DNA from: Candidatus Peribacteria bacterium
Lineage (GTDB): Bacteria > Patescibacteriota > Gracilibacteria > Peribacterales > Peribacteraceae
Direction: 5' to 3'
DNA length: 64,000 nt
NCBI GenBank assembly: GCA_018652265.1
Contig: JABICL010000039.1
Coordinates: forward strand, 7,287 to 71,286
The position numbers and the translations under genes were made by a program. Below, piece after piece: positions 59,899 through 64,000 of this stretch. How positions within the stretch are numbered: the first letter of the stretch is position 1; each line of letters starts with the position of its first letter. Under the pieces are notes generated by a model. The model ran no database searches. It saw nothing but the letters and a program-made list of their open reading frames with translations, and had not been told where the DNA came from.

Positions 59899-60007
59899 GT
59901 AGCAAGCGTGCAGGCGGTATTTTGCGTAAGAAATCATTCTTGGGTACCAATATATGATCAATCCCATGTTGATTTCGTCGCATATACCGCCTTAAGCACG
60001 CGAGCGG
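59899..60007 (+). repeat. Family A repeat, core type 2
   Basis: GTAGCAAGCGTGCAGGCGGTATTTTGCGTAAGAAATC...GATTTCGTCGCATATACCGCCTTAAGCACGCGAGCGG. Confidence 0.9.
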
Positions 60008-60056
60008 CGGCATTAGACTTTTGATTTCTCAAATTATCCAATATCATTAGATATGT

Positions 60057-61409
60057 ATGCCACTTTCACAAGAAATAATAGACAGAACTCTAGCAACGCC
60101 CCAGGGCACTGCTGCTTATCACATAGTAGAAAAGCTAACAGATGAAGGGCATGAGGCTTGGTGGGTAGGAGGATGTGTAAGAGATATGCTAATCGATGAA
60201 ATTCCAGAGGATATAGATATAGCTACTTCTGCTCTTCCAGATGAAATAAAAAAACTTTTCGAAAAACATGATGCAGCTTCAGAAAGTTACGGCAGCATAT
60301 TGGTAGCAAGCGGGGGAGATGTATTTGAACTAACTACATTTCGTGAAGATTCTGCAGCATCAGACGGACGACATCCTGAAAATGTAATCTTTACCAAAGA
60401 AAAAGAAAAAGATGCTGCAAGGCGCGATGTAACTATAAATGCTTTGTACTATCATCCGATATCCGGAGAATTATTTGATCCATTCGAAGGAGAAAAAGAC
60501 TTGAATGAAAGACTTATAAGAATAATAGGAGATGCAGAAAAAAGAATAGAAGAAGATAATCTAAGATTACTTCGAGTAATAAGATTCAAAGCTTATATAG
60601 AAGGTCAGTATCATCCAGATACTTTCAAGGCACTTCACAAGAAATCTAAATCTATTGAAAAGCTGTCAGGCACTAGAAGATTTAAAGAAATAGAAAAAAT
60701 ACTACTTGGACCACATCCAGAAATTGCATTAGAAGATTTATGGGAGACAGACATACTTGAATACTTACTTCCTGAGGTTCACGCATGCAAAGGAGTAGCT
60801 CAGCCTGCTCATTTACATCCAGAAGGGGACGTTTGGAATCATGTAATGAGAATTTTATCTTCATTCACAGAAGACCATGAAAAAGACGTAAGATGGGCAG
60901 CTCTTTTTCATGACACAGGTAAGCCAAAAACATTTTCTATAGACGCCGATCGCATTCACTTCAATGATCATGCATCTGTAGGAGCAGATGTTACAAAAGA
61001 AGCACTGGATAGATTGCAATTCACATCAAGCCGAAGAGATAAAATTGCATGGCTCGTAAAACATCACATGATGATGGCTGCATTTTCGGAAATGGATGAC
61101 AAAAGAAAAGCTCATTGGTACTACCACCCGTGGTTCCTGGAGCTTCTACAGCTTTTTTGGCTAGATATGATAGGAACACAGGATTACAAAACAGATTTGT
61201 ACGATAAGATAATAGAAGACTACAACAAGTTTCTAGATGCTCATCCCAGACCAAAGAAGCCACTAATTTCTGGAGATGAAATTATGGATCTAATGGATAT
61301 AGAGCCAGGTGAAAAAGTAGGAGAGATACTTGAGATGCTTCACGAAAAACAAATCAAAAAAGAGATTACTTCGAAAAAAGAGGCGATGGAATTTATAAAG
61401 CAGCTTTGA
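60057..61409 (+). CDS. CCA tRNA nucleotidyltransferase with HD domain
   Basis: VGGCVRD..DIDIAT, RRDVTINAL, EDNLRLLR, HPEGDVWNH, LFHDTGK. Confidence 0.93.
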   Translation: MPLSQEIIDRTLATPQGTAAYHIVEKLTDEGHEAWWVGGCVRDMLIDEIPEDIDIATSALPDEIKKLFEKHDAASESYGSILVASGGDVFELTTFREDSAASDGRHPENVIFTKEKEKDAARRDVTINALYYHPISGELFDPFEGEKDLNERLIRIIGDAEKRIEEDNLRLLRVIRFKAYIEGQYHPDTFKALHKKSKSIEKLSGTRRFKEIEKILLGPHPEIALEDLWETDILEYLLPEVHACKGVAQPAHLHPEGDVWNHVMRILSSFTEDHEKDVRWAALFHDTGKPKTFSIDADRIHFNDHASVGADVTKEALDRLQFTSSRRDKIAWLVKHHMMMAAFSEMDDKRKAHWYYHPWFLELLQLFWLDMIGTQDYKTDLYDKIIEDYNKFLDAHPRPKKPLISGDEIMDLMDIEPGEKVGEILEMLHEKQIKKEITSKKEAMEFIKQL

Positions 61410-61411
61410 GC

Positions 61412-61506
61412 ATGCTTCGACACGTACTTCGCCTTACAGAACTTAAGCATCGCGACTTCGTCGCTCTGCTTCAAGTTCAGCTCGCTCAGTACGGCTCAGC
61501 ATGACA
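61412..61506 (-). repeat. Family B repeat
   Basis: Reverse-complement relative of 8202-8297. Confidence 0.88.
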
Positions 61507-61526
61507 TAGTTAATAATGTTTTAATA

Positions 61527-61877
61527 TCAATCACTTCTTTCAGCCAAAGCCCCACCTTCTTCTATATATTTTGCCCTCTTCATTCTGGGCATAGCGAGTA
61601 TTGCAGGATCATTTTCGAATGTATCAAGTGCTTGAGCTTCTGCAATATGCATTTTTAGTATCTCTTCTGTAAGAAGTAGTTGTGATCTCTCTCTTTCCAA
61701 AGTTCTAAGCTTATATCCTTTAGTCGCATTGTAATTTTCATTAAAAAGAATAAGCAATGCAAGCACAACAATCAAAGCTCCAGTAGAAAACAAAAGAGTT
61801 ACAGTACTTGCGGTAACCATACGACCAAGCGTCTGACGTTTCTCAGGCAGGCCGGATTTTGTAGGTATTGTAGGCAA
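61527..61877 (-). CDS. FtsL-like cell division protein
   Basis: One TM plus coiled coil (ATKGYKLRTLE), directly downstream of rsmH. Confidence 0.65.
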   Translation of the reverse strand: MPTIPTKSGLPEKRQTLGRMVTASTVTLLFSTGALIVVLALLILFNENYNATKGYKLRTLERERSQLLLTEEILKMHIAEAQALDTFENDPAILAMPRMKRAKYIEEGGALAERSD

Positions 61878-61939
61878 GGTATGTAATGTTGATCGCGGCG
61901 TAATCCTGAGTTTATCGAAGGACGAAGCCGGATGGGCTA

Positions 61940-62833
61940 TTAGGTCTTTTTTATAATTCTCAAACGTGCACTTCTTGCACGTGGATTACTTTCTATCTCC
62001 TGTAGATTCGCTTGAACTGCCTTTTTAGTCAAGAGCTCATAGGATGGCGGACATATTGGCGCACCAGTTATAGCATCTTTCTGCGAAGTTGTGAGATTTT
62101 TGAATCTTTGCTTTACCTTGCGATCTTCTAGAGAGTGGTAGCTAATTATACCCATTCTTCCGCCTGGCCTTAAAAAATGTGGCCCCTGCTCAAGCAATTC
62201 ATCTAACGCTCCAATCTCATCATTTACTTCTATTCTGAGTGCTTGGAATATTTGTGGCAGAACTTTGTTTGCTTTCCACTTATAAACTTTTTCTACAATT
62301 TCTCTAAGGTCTGAAGTTGTTTCTATTTTTTTCGCCTCACTAATTTCCCTGGAAAGTGCATATATCTTTTCTACTTCTGCATATTCTTTGAAAATTCTTA
62401 TCAGATCATTTTCCGATGAATTATTTAGAAGAGTTGCAGCTGATATTCCTTTTGATTTATCAAATCTACAATCAAGTGAAGAGTCTCCCCGAAAACTAAA
62501 CCCTCTTTCTGGATCATCTATATGAGGAGAGCTAAGACCAAGATCTGCAAATAAAATATTACATTGTGGTAAATCCAAATCATTTATATCTCGAAAATTG
62601 GCATTAATAAATTCAATTTTTTCGCTGATCGCGGGTCGCTGATCGCGGGTCGCTGATAAGTTCTCCTCATCCGCATCCACCCCAATCAACTTTCCCTTAG
62701 CGCCTATCTTCTCCAAAAACTTCTCCGCATGCCCTCCAAGCCCAAGAGTTACATCTATTACAACCTCACCTGATTTGGGATCAAGTAGTTCTAGAGTGGG
62801 GGATAGGAGGACGGGAATATGAGTCACCGACAC
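61940..62833 (-). CDS. rsmH: 16S rRNA m4C1402 methyltransferase
   Basis: HIPVLL, DVTLGLGGH, DLGLSS, FQALRIEVN, ISYHSLEDR, NPRARSA. Confidence 0.97.
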   Translation of the reverse strand: MSVTHIPVLLSPTLELLDPKSGEVVIDVTLGLGGHAEKFLEKIGAKGKLIGVDADEENLSATRDQRPAISEKIEFINANFRDINDLDLPQCNILFADLGLSSPHIDDPERGFSFRGDSSLDCRFDKSKGISAATLLNNSSENDLIRIFKEYAEVEKIYALSREISEAKKIETTSDLREIVEKVYKWKANKVLPQIFQALRIEVNDEIGALDELLEQGPHFLRPGGRMGIISYHSLEDRKVKQRFKNLTTSQKDAITGAPICPPSYELLTKKAVQANLQEIESNPRARSARLRIIKKT

Positions 62834-62928
62834 AGTTTAGCAGAGTGGCCAGCCATGAACCGGAGCGCGGATGTATTTTTGGTAATACCAAAAATACAAA
62901 TGCCGAAGGCATCCGCGTGACTGGTTCA

Positions 62929-63018
62929 TGGCGGTGGGAGTGGGATTCGAACCCACGAGAGGCTTGCACCTCTAACAGTTTTCAAGACTGCCGCCATCGA
63001 CCACTCGGCCATCCCACC
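62929..63018 (-). tRNA. tRNA-Ser(TGA)
   Basis: GGTGGGA...CTTGAAA loop, long variable arm, ...CCCACCGCCA. Confidence 0.95.
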
Positions 63019-63072
63019 GCCGGATATGATACACTAGTCATCAGAAAATTTGACGACCAAAATAGACACCGT

Positions 63073-63165
<93 letters not shown>

Positions 63166-63244
63166 CATTTACCACTATTAGTACTTGTATCAAATTCTTC
63201 ACATAACTACACTGCATTAGTTAATTTAACTAATCCTATTTATT

Positions 63245-64000
63245 ATGAAAAAAATCACATTCGCTGCGTTTTTGATTTCCATTTTTGCCATCACTTCTGC
63301 ATCATCTGCTGAAAGCCCAAGAGATTTTCCAGAACATTTGAAATTGTGGGGCTCAGAAGGAAACACTGCTTTTTATATACTACTTGTAGGGGAGAGGATG
63401 GTGCTTACCGCAGGACCCCAACAAAACAATGATCGACTTATATTGGAAAATTACAAAACCGATCAACTAAATTGTTACGACGTTCCATCTTCATATCAAG
63501 AATCACAGAATGCGAACCAAAAATGGGAATGTGAAGCAATAGCAACCGGAGATTCAAACAGTGAAGTGTTTTTTCGTGTTGGATCTGAAAGATCCAACAC
63601 TATCGTCATACAAATAAATGAATCCGAACAGACTTCTATGGGTTATTGCTGTGCCCCAAACAATCCTGAATTTAACCAATGTCAAAATCTTGTAAGTAAG
63701 GATATGTGTGATGCAATGAGTGGAACGCTAAGTGAGTTTAGAAACACTGGAAATTGTGCAACTTGTCGCTCAGTCCCTAAACCAAAAGTAAGCTGCTGTT
63801 TCGAACCTACAGGCGGAGGATTAGCATGCGAACAATGGAGAACAGAAGATTGCCATAAAAAAGATGGCAGAATTCTTGATTCCTGTGAGCAATGTTGGGA
63901 ATCATACAATGATAATCCACCTCCCACTCCTTATCCTAATCCAAACATACCTCCTGCAGGCTACGAAGATGAAGTGCTTGTAAATATAGAAGATTACGAT
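63245..64000 (+). CDS. Secreted Cys-rich protein, truncated at the window end
   Basis: MKKITFAAFLISIFAITSASSA signal peptide; frame open to 64000; CC/CxxC clusters, ends PPAGYEDEVLVNIEDYD. Confidence 0.75.
   Translation, partial: MKKITFAAFLISIFAITSASSAESPRDFPEHLKLWGSEGNTAFYILLVGERMVLTAGPQQNNDRLILENYKTDQLNCYDVPSSYQESQNANQKWECEAIATGDSNSEVFFRVGSERSNTIVIQINESEQTSMGYCCAPNNPEFNQCQNLVSKDMCDAMSGTLSEFRNTGNCATCRSVPKPKVSCCFEPTGGGLACEQWRTEDCHKKDGRILDSCEQCWESYNDNPPPTPYPNPNIPPAGYEDEVLVNIEDYD

Noticed and set aside
6851..60007. Family A repeats as a CRISPR array or integron attC sites
   Set aside because: Copies are dispersed, not tandem. Cores recur identically. There are no GTTRRRY/RYYYAAC ends and no cas or intI gene in the window.

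Overview
AT-rich bacterial chromosome segment. Gene content and style (short MetG, sigma4/HTH fusion, TrbC/VirB2-like pilin, SLH and PKD surface proteins, sortase, paired DHH proteins, broken-up operons) suggest a CPR/Patescibacteria genome, probably Peregrinibacteria/Peribacteria (inference). It holds about 55 CDS (metG, dut, murC, rpmA, rplK, rplA, tatD, ruvB, pth, lepB, glmS, PBP, PilB/GspE, tsaD, lgt, purL, grpE, fmt, clpC, ruvX, rpsT, priA, dnaK, gap, nfo, CCA-adding enzyme, rsmH and others), six tRNAs and two CIRCE operators. Many housekeeping genes look leaderless: a -10 box 5-8 nt before the start codon and no Shine-Dalgarno (SD). Against this background, four GC-richer genes stand out: a three-unit STAS (anti-sigma antagonist) cassette array at 28.3-30.2 kb and a tagatose-epimerase-like gene at 19.2-20.2 kb. 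They carry SD motifs, boxA-like leaders and complementary 5'/3' flanks. The STAS units also share a conserved structured 3' element with its own SD and start codon. Intergenic DNA is full of several families of nested palindromic repeats, some with compensatory base changes, some inserted in frame in genes. No transposase, integrase or CRISPR array was seen.
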